A DNA stretch of 64,000 nt, taken from contig NC_083282.1 in assembly GCF_963506605.1 (NCBI RefSeq), forward strand, positions 69,130,001-69,194,000, written 5' to 3'. Below are positions 12,961 through 25,400 of the stretch, in pieces. This DNA comes from Zootoca vivipara. Lineage: Eukaryota. The position numbers were made by a program, and so were the translations under genes. The first letter of the stretch is position 1. Each line of letters opens with the position of its first letter. Under the pieces are notes generated by a model that made no database searches, was not told where the DNA came from, and was given only the letters and a program-made list of their open reading frames with translations.

Positions 12961-14519
12961 CCACTGTTTTATAGAATGCATTGGTGTTACACAATAGGGG
13001 GCAGGAAGAAAGTGAAATGAATGTTGCATGCAAGTGTATTTCAATGTAACAGTGATATACTTTTACTCTGTTCTCTTGACAGCCCCTGCTTGACACCACA
13101 ACTATCATCACTACAAAGAACGCAAACAGCCCGAAGTTGAGCATTTTTACTTCCTTTAATTTATATTAAGGACATGGTTTACTCTCTCCAACTGAAATCA
13201 AGGGGGGCTAAAACTGCTTTGCTTTGGCAGGATAATTCTACTGTGGATCATATTACAGAAATAATATTACACATTAAAACAGCTTCACACTGTAATGGAA
13301 ATAGACAACGGTGTTAATTATGTCACCAAAAAACAACGCTCTCATTTCAAGCAATAGTTTGATGCTTGAATATGGGTTTATCTACAAGAAATTTATATAC
13401 ATACTGTACGATGTGTACACACACGATTTCTTTTGAGCCTTAAATAATCAAATGCCATTTGTGTGCCACAATTTACTCTTGGGAAATCAAGTAAGCTGTG
13501 TCCTAAAGGTATGTCTGTAAATTAAGTGAATTGTTATACAATGCATCCCTTGCTTATGAATGGGCATAACCAAATTGTGACTTCCCCCCCCAAGCTGTGA
13601 AGAGGTAGCAACCAGCCCAGCATGCTGTAGCAGTTGGTGTGATGGGATGGGACTTCACACCTGACCTCTGGTTAGTTGCATTGCTGCTACTTACTAGGAG
13701 ACAGAGGGGGAGTTGGTGGCAAGGTCAGCACGGTGCAAACGTACTGGCAGAAGTACCAGATTGACTCTGTTAATGCATTTGCACCAGTCCAACCTCACTG
13801 CTGCCCTGACTTCCTCCCCTGTAAGCAGCAACGTAATCAAACACAGGTCAGGTAAGTAGCAGCAGTCCACCACACTGTTCACTACTGCTAAGAAGTAGTC
13901 ACTTTCTCTGAGGGTTCAATCCTACACACACTTACCTGGGAATAAATGCCACTGAACTCAATGGGATTACACAATTAATATGTAATATGTAATCGGCCAT
14001 GGGATTACACAATTAATATGTTACGTTGTTTGGTCCATGACATCCACTGCTGGCAGCCTGAAAACGTATTCCTAAATCTCCTATGTGCTTGGGGTGAGGG
14101 CTTAACATCCAAACCAGTAATATATACTGTATATCCTATTGCCCTAAATTTCCTCTTTGTATGTAAAACTTTTCACTCCAGTTGAGGGGTGTGAACGAGC
14201 TGCTCCTGCCAAACAGGTCATCAGGATACTGTCAGCTGACAGTGCTGAGCAGGTGTTCCTCTCCCTGCCCACTGAGTCAGGGAGAAGAGTGCCATCTCAT
14301 CCCTCCAATCAGTATAATACAGGAAACTCTGTCCCACCCCTTGCGATGGCCACCAGTGCAGGCAAGTAATGGAATCAACCCTGTTTCCTCCCAAATCATA
14401 CTTATTTGCTTATTTCAAAATAACTATCAGCAAGAGACATTATGGTATAAGTGAAACACACCTAATTCTGCTAAAGATTTATGTTTCCCTTCTGTTAAAA
14501 AGGGGGTTGTATTCAACTA

Positions 14520-14746
14520 CAGTGGTACGTCTACTTACGGATAACTCTACTTACGAATGTTTCTACTTACGAATGGAGCTCCGTCCGCCATCTTGGATGT
14601 GGTTTAGATAGGATTTTTTCTACTTACGAATTTTTAGATAGGGTTGCTTCTACTTACGATTTTTTTCTCCCAATGCATTCCTAATGGGATTTGATTTACA
14701 AATGTGTGTTCGGAACGCATTAAATTTGTAAGTAGAGGTACCACTG
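14520..14746. mobile_element. Tc1/mariner (Tigger-like) MITE
   Basis: TIRs cagtggtac(g/c)tctacttac / gtaagtagaggtaccactg; TA on both sides. Confidence 0.85.
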
Positions 14747-14864
14747 TACTACTAAGAGCAGACCCACTAAAATTAATGGACCTAAGTTAGGAATGGCCAT
14801 TAATTTGAATGGGTCTACTCTGAGTTAGTTGAACACACCCCAAATATTCTGCTTAATAAAAATA

Positions 14865-15090
14865 CAGTGGTACCTCTGGTTAAGAACTTAATTAGTTCCG
14901 GAGGTCCGTTCTTAACCTGAAACTGTTCTCAACCTGAAGCACCACTTTAGCTAATGGGGCCTCCTGCTGCTGCCGCGCCGCCGCAGCATGATTTCTGTTC
15001 TCATCCTGAAGCAAAGTTCTTAACCTGAGGTACTATTTCTGGGTTAGCGGAGTCTGTAACCTGAAGCATTTGTAACCCGAGGTACCACTG
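14865..15090. mobile_element. Tc1/mariner (Tigger-like) MITE
   Basis: TIRs cagtggtacctc..gaggtaccactg with TA TSD; same family as 44950-45194. Confidence 0.9.
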
Positions 15091-15834
15091 TATATGGTAA
15101 CTCATACTCAAACTAATCTTTCTATGTATCCTTGGGGAAAACAACTTCCAACTGCATTTCATTTATAACAGAAGATAACATTTACTGCTTACATCCCCTC
15201 CTTCTCAATACAAAACAAATGCCCGAGAATGTGTTTTGATGGCCCACTGCATGGCAATCAATTGTTAGTGATACAAAATAGTATCACCATGCTGTTGGTG
15301 TAGCAGAAAATGTAGAAGTTATATTGTACACTGCAACTTCATGGCCAATACTTGCAACTTTGTTGACATACACGTGTATGTATATGTGTGTTTGTGTGTG
15401 CGTATATAACATTAATATATGAATGTTGCTGAATTACAATGCCTATAACCCCCGCCCTCTGCCCACACTTTCTGGAGCTAATAGGATTTGTAGTTCAGCA
15501 ACATCTGGAGAACCAAAACACACATAAACTGTGATAAAAGGTATATCTGGTATTTCCTGCTTGGAGGCTACCATTGGCAGGGAAGTTCAATGTCTGGCAG
15601 CATATTTAAACATGCATAAGGGAGACAAAAAATGAGGACTAGATCCCAGCAGAGAAATAAAATATAGATCAACACAAATGCAACTTTGTCTATGAAATAT
15701 AATTATTACTGAGATAAATTATGTTGAGGAGCTTTGAACATTTGAAATGCACAATATGAGCAAAAAAGTATTACAATGAATAACTAATGTAGTGAAATGC
15801 AAAGGTTTTGTGGGCATAGATCATTTTATTAATA

Positions 15835-16181
15835 CAGGTGAAACTCGGAAAATTAGAATATCGCCGAAAAGTGCATTTATTTCAGTAATGCAACTTAAAA
15901 GGTGAAACCAATATATGAGATAGATGCATGACATGCAAAGCAAAATATGTCAAGCTTTTATTTGTTGTAATTGTAATTATTTGTCATTGGGTGGGTCAAT
16001 TATAAATGGAATGTAATTAAAGAAATGGAATAGTGATGTTTATTTTTGTAACTGTTTTATTACTGTGGAATTTCCAAAAGAAAGCATTTGTAAAAATTAA
16101 AAGAAAAAGAAAAAATAACAAGTTGCATTACTGAAATAAATGCACTTTTCGACGATATTCTAATTTTCCGAGTTTCACCTG
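15835..16181. mobile_element. Tc1-like MITE with ~60-bp TIRs
   Basis: caggtgaaactcggaaaattagaatatcg...gcaactt is inverted at 16120-16181. Confidence 0.9.
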
Positions 16182-18199
16182 GATTTATGCAGGGGGACAA
16201 AAATAGCCCAAATATTTAATTAAAGCTTCTTCTTTTTTGTGCACTTGTTGTATTTTCATGCCAGCTACTAGTTTTGAGAGCTTGGAAGAACCCATCATGT
16301 AAAAGTGTCATGCTGGACCCAGAAATCTGTAAAGATACTGGCATTGGATACCAGTTAGGAGAATCAATAGTTTGATACATTGACAAACAATGAAACAAAC
16401 TTCAAATGAGGAAACACTCAGGATTCTAACCAATAGATACATATGCATCTGAAAAGAGAATCAATAAATGATTGACATATAATTATGGGGGTGCCAAACT
16501 GAAACGTTTATTTAGCTTTTGCAAATTTCAGAAGCTTGGAGTGAGCGGACCAAATGGAAATGAAAAATACAAAAACACAAGAGTGGTGGTGAGTCAGGAT
16601 GGGACAATGAAATAAAAGTGAAGCACTTCTTTTACATATCGGTTTCAGTGTCCTGAATCTTCCAAGAGATCCCTCATATGCTACAAAGGAGGGGGGGAAA
16701 CCTGCTGCTCCCCCCTGCTTCTATTTTAAAGTGGAGATCAATAATTTTGTCTAGTAATGCAAGACCTGTAAACTCCAGAAGAGTATTAGACTCCCAAGTC
16801 TCATTCAAGGAAAAATTTGTATGTCTCACTTTCCACATTATGGTAGAGGTAGAGAAAGAAAAGCGTATGGTTCATGCTTTTGCTTTTACTACTTCATTGT
16901 TACACATGAAGCAACTCATAGCGAAAGGGAGTGTAGAAAACATCAAAATACTTATCTGAACTACTGGGGATCTGTATCAGAACCAATGAGTTCTGTTGAT
17001 TTACCTCAGCATGTTTTAGACGGCATGTCTCTATAGATTCATATCAATATATTGGCTTTTTCATTCATTTTTAACCTGTTTTGAATCCTCTAACAGAGTC
17101 CCAACTGAGGATTTCTCACAATGTGATGAGTCCATAAGTTCATTGCAGGAGGATGTACGGAATTACATATCTGATACCTGTTAGGTCATTCAAAAATCTG
17201 GTTACAAAAAATATGCCAAGTATGGATCTTTCTTGCTTTCCTCTTGTGAGTTATCACCAGTATCTGAGATTCACAGTAGTTATCTCTGTAACATGGAGGT
17301 TCTATTTGGCTATTCTGGCCTATCCACTATAAGTCTGTTTAAACCCTTTTAGAAAGCAATATAAGCTGATGGCAGTGAACTGCAAATGTAACAGCACACT
17401 GAATGAAGTACTTCCGTTTGTCAGTCCTAAAGCTCCTGCCAATCAGTTTCAATGGGTGGCTCAGAGAGCTCCAATTATGAGACGGGGACAGCAACCAGAA
17501 ACTCTACTTTGCACATTGTCCCTCTACAATCGCATTGCAAGAACCAGTGGAATCTGCATTTAAGTTGGATAGGTCTTGGCTACCTCTGCCAAATTTCATC
17601 TGGCTTTTGCAGTGCAGATCTGATACAAAAATAGTAAAAGTCTCCAAGGGCAGTCTTAATGCTTGCCAATAGCTGGTGAGAGAACAGAAAACTCTGCCCT
17701 TGCTATATTTTCCAATATCTTCACAGAGAGAAAGGGAAGGAGACCTCTGTCCCCAATCCCTCCCTATTTTTCAGGCATTACAGAACAAAAGGATGCCACA
17801 TAAAGTCTCGACACTATGTAGGATGGGAGTGACTAGGCTCGGTAATTAACTTGGCAGTACTGTGAAAATCAACATTTTGGGGAAAGCTCATCCTGCCACC
17901 CCCACCAAAAGGGGCGGAGGTAAAACCATAAGATGCTGATTTGGAGCTTTCAGAGGAGGTGGGAGAGTTGGGAAGATAATGAGGATGGAGGAGGCTGCTT
18001 TAGCACAAAAGGGTATTCTGTGGAGCAGCAAACACAGGGTGGGCTGCAAGATCTGGAGGGGCGGAGGACTGGAGAGCCACTCACTTTATTGCCCCAATAG
18101 GGGAAAGTAGCACGGCAGAAAAGGGAGAGGAAATTAAATGGGAGATGGGGATGAGAAAGGTGGAGAGCGACAAAGACAGGTGGAAGGGAAACGGCAGGG

Positions 18200-19030
18200 A
18201 TGTGCAAGGAGCCGGTACCCAGGCAGGGGAGGGTTGCTCACGCAGCACCATCCCCCGCTATGGGTGGGTGGGGAGAGGAGGCTGAGGAGTCAAATTTGGC
18301 TGCAGAGAAGTGGGGTCCCGATCCCCGGGGGCCGCTGGGCTGGGACGTTCAGAGGAGGCGAGGGATGGCTGCTGCGCCATCCAAATGGTGGTGCCAAATG
18401 CTTCTGGGGAAGGGGGGGAGGAGGAAGGGATGGCGCAGGAGGGGGGCGAGATGCGGGAAGATGCTTGCTTAGGACTTGTGGACGAAGGCTGGAGGCAGCG
18501 CAGGTGGATGGGAGGATGGAGCATGGAGTCATGGGCTGGTCGGATGGAGGGTGCAGGTAGGAGGCAGGCAGGCAGGCAGGCGGCGCGGCCTCTCGGCTCC
18601 CGCTCTCACCCGTGTCCTGCTCGGCCAGGAACGCGTCTTCCTCCTTCCTGGAGCGCAGGCAGCTCTCGGGGGCGCCGCCGCCGCCGCCTGGCTCCTCCTC
18701 GGGCAAGCGGGGAAAGCTGGTGATGCTCATGTAGTCGACGGGCGAGTAGGCGCCCAGGCTGCTCTGCTGACTCGCCTCCTTCTCCGAGGCACCAGCCGCA
18801 GACGACGCTGCAGACGCGGAGGCTGCTGATGCCGCCGCCATGCTGCCTGCCTGCTTGCCTGCGCCTCCCGGGCCGGGCAGCCGCCGCCTCCGAGCCAAGG
18901 ACCCCGTTCCGGAAGTGGCGGAAGGGAACCCGAGAGGGAGGAGGAGGAGGAGGAGGAGGGCGGGGCTTGGGGCCCAGGGACCGCCCACCTGAGCCAGGCG
19001 GACCGTCGCCCTGATGGCTGGTTTTCTCTT
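18200..19030 (-). promoter_or_regulatory. CpG island / GGT7 promoter with tandem ETS (CCGGAAGT) and GC boxes
   Basis: High GC and CpG density around the first exon; CCGGAAGTGGCGGAAG at 18909-18924. Confidence 0.75.
18610..18841 (-). CDS. GGT7: GGT7 coding exon 1 (MAAASAASASAASS...LGAYSPVDYMSITSFPRLPEEE...AFLAEQDT)
   Basis: The LGAYSPVDYMSITSFPRLPE motif is diagnostic for GGT7; ATG at 18841 and GTGAG donor at 18609; phase 1 matches exon 2. Confidence 0.96.
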
Positions 19031-20874
19031 TTCTATGCCGTTTAATACCGTAGATTGAAGAATATCTCCAAGTACCGGTAGTGTACAGGAAACCGAAGCA
19101 ACAACAGGCAACTTGAGCCAAATATTGCGAAAACGCGCAGTTGCATATAAAAATGAGGCATTAATACAAAATAATTTATCTATAATCTAATCTATATCTG
19201 TCTATCTGTCCACACACACACACACACACACAAGCCTCGCATAGAATGGGCCCCTTCCCAAGAAAAGCGGGTAAAACAAGTTTTGGTGAGCACAGGTGTG
19301 GCAAAGACCATAATTACAGGTGCAGGGATGCTGATACTGATGGTTAAGAAAGATTTTTATACCACTCAGTCATTACATTATTCTCAAATATACAGCTTTT
19401 TTTAAGGACAAGTAGAGCATACAGAAGATGATCAACCGCAAAACACAGAATAAAATTAGTAAAACGTTTAAAACAGGCATAGATAACTAAATTATATTTG
19501 CATTATTTAATAACATGTTAAGCCCACCTGTCATCAACAAGCAGACCCAAGGTAGGGGTAAAATAAAAATAAGATAAAAAATCATACATTTCCATCAAAT
19601 CATAGGAGAGAAATCATTTTATTTTATTTTGATAAATGTATTTGGATCGGAGTGCTTCAGAATGAAGGGTTTCGTTCATGCTATATAAATTACTGTACAT
19701 ATACTGTGACTGCAGAGCCGGCCCTACCAGCAGGCAGAGTGAGACCACCATCTCAGGCCATAGGTACTGGGTGGTGTGTGTGAGGGGGGTGGCGGCAACA
19801 TGTTAGAGGACAGAGCTGCATATACCATGCAGCCTGCCCTGTGCCCATCCTCAGGGATACCACTTGCTGAAAACCACAGGTGGGGCAAGTTGTGTTCATG
19901 TCCTACTTGCAAGCTTCCCACTGGCACCTTATTGGCCACTGTGAGAGCAGGATGCTGGACTAGGTGGGCCATTGGCCAGATCAATCAGGCTCTTATTATG
20001 CTCTTATGTTCTTATTAGCACTGTAATTGAGAATGTGCGCCCCATCCATCACTAATGACACAATAGTGTATCCCCATGGACCGGGTGAACTGAAATGTTT
20101 CAAGGAAAGCTTTTTAAGTATACTGTAATGGGCTGCCTACACAAGTAGCAGTTATATGGCAGAATTGTTCCTGGATTGTACCACTTTGAACTGCAGATGG
20201 GGGTGAGGAACTATCACATATCCGAGTGCTTCCCGGTTTTTAAAGGGTTACTTGACTGCTCCTGCTTGGGTCCTATATCTAGTCAAAACAGTTCTTTAAC
20301 TTCATTGATCAATTAATTAACTATAGAACAAAAAGAACTGCATGTCCCCACTGGTTCCCCCTAATACTAAACAAGTAGACAATAAAACAGTTCTGAGGTA
20401 TTAATCATATAATTACAAACATAGATGGGTTGATGTGTTATAAGAAAAATAATCTGGATTCTAGGTTTCTGTCACAGAAACTTTGGAGCATTTTCAAATG
20501 TAGGCACTTAAAATGCATTTGATATTTTGTAAAGTGCACAATATTTGTTTGTTTGTTTGTTTACATTTACTAGCTTGCCCTATCTCAGAGGCAGGATGAA
20601 ATGGATTTAAAATATGCATCTTAGCTGCCAAATTAAAACCAGCTAATGCAATGTCAAAAGGTAAAATTCCACACCAACTTAATGCCAGGCCTTAACTGCT
20701 TGCCCAATTAAAGGTTTTCCTTTTTTTAAAGGGCAACAACAAATGCCCCTGAATTTATTCTATAAGTTCTCCCAACTCTCTGGAGCACATTTGGGGAGAG
20801 TGTGAGGTACACATAGGGGGAGGAGAGTGGGAAAAACTTGTTGTACTAGCAGGAATCCTTGTGCTAATGGGATG

Positions 20875-20990
20875 CAGGCCCTCCAGATGTTTGGGACTAC
20901 AATTCCCATCATCCCTAGCTAACAGGACCAGTGCTCAGGGATGATGGGAAATGTAGTCCCAAACATCTGGAGGGACAGAGTTTGCCTATG
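20875..20990. mobile_element. hAT-type palindromic MITE (partial)
   Basis: ccctccagatgtttgggactacaattcccatc..inverted; same family as 44165-44300 and 56427-56562. Confidence 0.7.
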
Positions 20991-22011
20991 CCACTGCCTC
21001 AAGTGCTTCCCACAGTACCCCACTAGCCCAATGGCACAGGAGTGCATTGGGTGTGAGGCCATGAAACACAGGAGAAATGTCCATCAACATTTTTAAGGGG
21101 AAGAGTTTCACTATATTTGTAAATACTCCACCCTTCAATGACCCAGTTCTCAATTTGTGACACGATTATAGATGCACCCTGTGGAACATAATTCACCAGC
21201 TGTGGTGAATGATGCAGAATAAGCCTATCACAAATAATAATAATTAACTGAGCCAGTAACGTATGTGTGTGTGTTTGGGTTGCATAACTGCAAATTCTGT
21301 GAGGTCACATCTATGTCAAGTTGACCTAGGAGTTCCTTGTTAGTCATAACTTTGTCTTGCAACTACCATCTTCTAATAGGGAAAAAATGTTAGTATCTCC
21401 TTTTTTAACATTTACAGTACACACACCTTTGAAATGAGGATTACTGTAGATGCGTCAGCACTGGGGTGGGGGGTGGGAACCAAAGGGGCAGGAGCCCAGG
21501 TCAAGTGGGATCAAGGAGAGAGAGAAATGCCCTGGAAGCTGCCCAGAAATGCCAGCTGCTGATTCCAGCCTCAGTACAGATGGTCAATTTGTGGTTGCTT
21601 CTACATGACCTCATTATCAAGCATTCTCCCTGATTTGTTTGTGCAAGGTTTGTTAGATAACATTGGCTATTTATTGAGCATGCATTCTGATTGGTTTGCA
21701 GGGAGGTTATTCAACATTGCATCAAGCAATTGTTATCCCACTTTGTCCCGTGCATTTCCCCATCTCTTTCGCTATTGCACAAAGTCCAATTTTGTCGAGA
21801 GGAGAGGAGGCTTGCTGTGCAAGAGCACCAAATCAACTTTTAACTGCGCTACCTGAATATGGCATTATTTGATTGAATCCCACCTGGAAATACAGTAGTA
21901 ACAGCCCAGAACCACCCTTTCATTAATGCAACAGGGTGATTTTTGTTTTGATTTATGATGGCACTAATCTTTATCTTGCAACAGTAGTGCAGGTGGGAGC
22001 CTTGTAGTGAG

Positions 22012-22053
22012 GTTGTTGTTGTTGTTTAGTCGTGTCCGACTCTTCGTGACCCG
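22012..22053 (-). mobile_element. Very short BovB 3' end
   Basis: (GTT)n followed by tttagtcgtgtccgactcttcgtgaccc, as in the BovB terminus at 57174-57220. Confidence 0.7.
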
Positions 22054-22215
22054 TTAGACTTGCAGAAGACAAAATCCTGTTTACTCCTTTAAGGTTACGG
22101 AGAGGTAAATAGTGCATGTGTGTGTGCGTGTGTGCGCGCGCACACACACACACACTGTTAAGCACTTTGCACATTGGTAGCCACAGTTTAAAAGAGCTGT
22201 GGGTCTTCTTTCCAA

Positions 22216-22388
22216 GGGCGTGACCAGAAGTTAGTTATGCCAATGTTGTTCTGTGTCTTAAAATCCACCCTGGAGGCTGTATTGCTACAGAAGAAGCAGG
22301 ACACACCCTTGGTGCTATTTATAAAAAGAGCAAAGCAGGCTCTTTGCAGTGACTGACAAGCCAGGAATCAAATCCCTTCCAAGGTCAG
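22216..22388 (+). promoter_or_regulatory. Putative TATA promoter and short non-coding exon 1 of the CYLD-like gene
   Basis: GGGCGTG at 22216, CCAAT at 22240, CACCC boxes, TATAAAA at 22320-22326, then a strong donor CAG|GTAAGC at 22388/22389; the first coding exon has an acceptor at 24971, so an upstream exon is expected. Confidence 0.55.
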
Positions 22389-23570
22389 GTAAGCAAAACT
22401 GCGTTGTAGGGTTAGATATAAAAGCGACTGACAGACTTTGTATACAACAAATAAAAAATAATGAAGCCAGTAACTTGGTAACTTTCCGCTTTCATGACTT
22501 TGTCTTAAGGTTGATTTGGATATAACAAAAGCTGGAGAGCCGGGGTGAGGAAATAACATCCAGCCAGTATATTCTATAATGTGTAAATGAAAGTTTGCAT
22601 TCAAAATGTCAGACAAAAAATCTTTTTTTCCCTAAACATTGGATACATTGAAATAAATGCATTGTTTTACAATGCCATTCAAACCCAATGGTGATCTTCA
22701 TTTCAGTTATTTCAGAAAGAGGGAAACTGAAGCACAGTTTCAGCCTCCCCCTAAGTGTCCCTATTTTCCAGGGACATCACTGATTTAGAGAAACCATCCC
22801 AGCTTCTGATTTGATTCCGGAATGTCCCACTATTCCTTAGGATGTCCCTATTTTCATTGGAGATATGTTGGAGGGTATGGAGTTATTCGACCTCCAAGCT
22901 GTCTGAAGGCAATCCTGAATAGGGAAGGTTTTTTTAATGTTCAATGTTTTATTACGTTTTTGTATATGTTGGAAGCTGCTCAGAGTGGCTGGGGCTACCA
23001 AGTAAGATGTGTGGGGTTTAAACAGTAAAATGATTATTATGGAATGGGATGTTCCTATTTTCATCAGAGAAATGTTGGAGGGAATGCAGTTTTCCACATT
23101 CAGCAATTGGATTTTTTTTCAAGTGTACAGTTCCCCTTTTCTGCAATTATATAAGTAGTATAATGATATCTCCTATCTTGCCATGTGATGAGTTCAAAAA
23201 TTAGGAAATAGCAGATTTTAAAGAGTCAGCATAACTTTAATCTGTACTATTAACTGACACCTGGCAAAAGTTTTGTGAGTAAAGTTAGCTTTACAGAAGG
23301 CTGTAAAAACACAGGTGTATAGCGCTTCTGAGCTAAGGGTGCATTGATTGATTGAGTTGGGGCAGAGAGGGTCACTAACATAGCCTTAAGGTCCTTGAGA
23401 AGGAGGAAAAGAACATGAATAGGGGCTTTCTTGTTCATTCTATTCATTGAGCACACTGCCTCTAATACCGGTATGTGCAGCTAGGAGGTGGTGGTGATAG
23501 GAGGTGAGTGAGCTCTCTTGGGCTGCATGTAGGAAAAGCAGTGCATTGTGTCAACCATCACCTTCTTGAT

Positions 23571-23889
23571 CAGGGTCTCCAAACTAAGGCCCGGGGGCCG
23601 GATGCGGCCCAATCACCTTCTAAATCCAGCCCACGGACGGTCCGGGAATCAGCATGTTTTTACATGAGTAGAATGTGTCCTTTTCTTTAAAATGCATCTC
23701 TGGGTTATTTGTGGGGCCTGCCTGGTGTTTTTACATGAGTAGAATGTGTCATTTTATTTAAAATGCATCTCAGGGTTATTTATGGGGCATAGGAATTTGT
23801 TCATATTTTTTCCAAAATATGATCCGGCCCCCCACAAGGTCTGAGGGACAGTGGACCGGCCCCCTGCTGAAAACGTTTGCTGACCCCTG
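23571..23889. mobile_element. hAT MITE with internal tandem duplication
   Basis: caggg...cccctg termini with 8-bp TSD ttcttgat (23563-23570 / 23890-23897). Confidence 0.9.
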
Positions 23890-24986
23890 TTCTTGATCAT
23901 AGAGAAGCTGCTGTCCCTGGCCAGAAATCTGAGCTGAAATCCTGCAGTTCAAAACTAAGCTCAGCAGCCAATCAACTGTTGTCTCTGTTTCCCAATTGTC
24001 AATGGGGAGAAGATATTGGTCAAATTTACAGAGTTGTTGTAGCAGATTATTGTAGGGGTGAGAAGCCTGAGACCATCCAGTTTGGTTGGACTAAAACACC
24101 CATCATTCCTGACCATTGCCTACACTGGTCAGAGTTGTGATCCAACAACATCTTCAGGACAACACAGGCGCTCTATCCCTGGGCTACTGAAATATTGTAT
24201 ATGACGTTTGAGCACTTAGGAAATGTGCTATAGAAATGCCAGGTCATTATAATATGTACAACTGCCTTGTTTAATTGACTAAGGCTGCATTCCTAAGCAT
24301 ACCTACTTACCTGGGAGTAAAGCCCAGTGAACCCAATGGAACTTAAAGTAGAAATGGCCTTTGACAGTTAAGGTACTTTGTTTTGGAGGACCCATCTATT
24401 TTGTTGAATCTATAATTGTTCTATTTTGGTAAGAATAGTTTGTGTTACTCTTTTTAAACAATTGCAACTGTCCTACATGTTTTATAGCTGTATATTGCAT
24501 TATTGGAACTCACCTAAGATAGTAAAGGGCAGGTAAGAAACGTTATAAATTATTGTAACTGATTAAAACATTTTTGATAAATTAAAATTATATTCTAAAT
24601 TAACTGGGCAAGAGATTATTCAAAAAATGATTTTAATATAAAAACTAGATTAAAAAGTGCCTTCCTAAAAGAGTCCAATTTTGTCCCACACAATAAAAAA
24701 TGGATCTAAGACAAAACTTGCAACACACTTGCATGATTTTAAAAAATGGAAAGTATTCATTCTCTTTCCAAACTACTGCTTTTACTTACCGTATATACAA
24801 CTGTATGCAAATCAAGTCAATTAGTCTGCTACTGTAATTAATGAACATGGATTTCTTCAGTTGAGCAACAGCCCTGGTCACACTATAAAACCCCACCAAC
24901 TATGACCTGAGTTTGTCTCTTGCAAGCCTCTGAGACAATCATCTCCTGTCCTGATTTTTTCATGTTTACAGGTTGTATTCGCTGCC

Positions 24987-25400
24987 ATGGATTTTGCTCC
25001 AGAGAAGAAAGAGGCCTTCATCATAACTCGAGAGATCTGTGCTGGCAGGAAGAAGATCCCCTTGGGGTCCATAGGATGCTTTGTGGAGGGCAAGCACAGC
25101 AAAGGTCGTCTGGTTGACATGAAGTCCAGGCCTATCATAGCCCTGATGAGCAGCCACATAAGACCTCTCAGCCGACACCAGGCTGCCCTGTTGCTCACCA
25201 TTGAGAGCCCACAAAAGAGGCATAGCCTGTTCTGCAATGAACAGCTCTTCTCTTCCATTTGCTGCCTGCGGATCCACGATGTGCTGCAACTAAGATATGG
25301 CAGAGTGGCGACTGTTGGTATTGTGAGAGGCTTCTGGGAACGGCGCAGGAAACCGGGCAGTGGAGAGCTGAGGATGGTCCTCATTGAGGTGGAGTTGCTG
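24987..25400 (+). CDS. CYLD-like coding exon 1 (N-terminal domain plus start of a degenerate CAP-Gly1)
   Basis: Kozak GCCATGG; [23 protein letters not shown] and IEVELL parallel CYLD KVPKGSIG, LLLAITNCEERFSLF and FGVELL; donor at 25401. Confidence 0.85.

Noticed and set aside
18842-19111. In-frame upstream extension of GGT7 exon 1 with a signal-peptide-like poly-Leu (ORF 18290..19111)
   Set aside because: It starts at a non-ATG codon and the poly-Leu derives from a (CCT)n repeat in the CpG island; homology begins at the ATG at 18841.
22470-22745. NF-kB-like (GGTAACTTTCC) and IRF-like (GAAACTGAA) motifs in CYLD-like intron 1
   Set aside because: Both deviate from consensus and are expected by chance.
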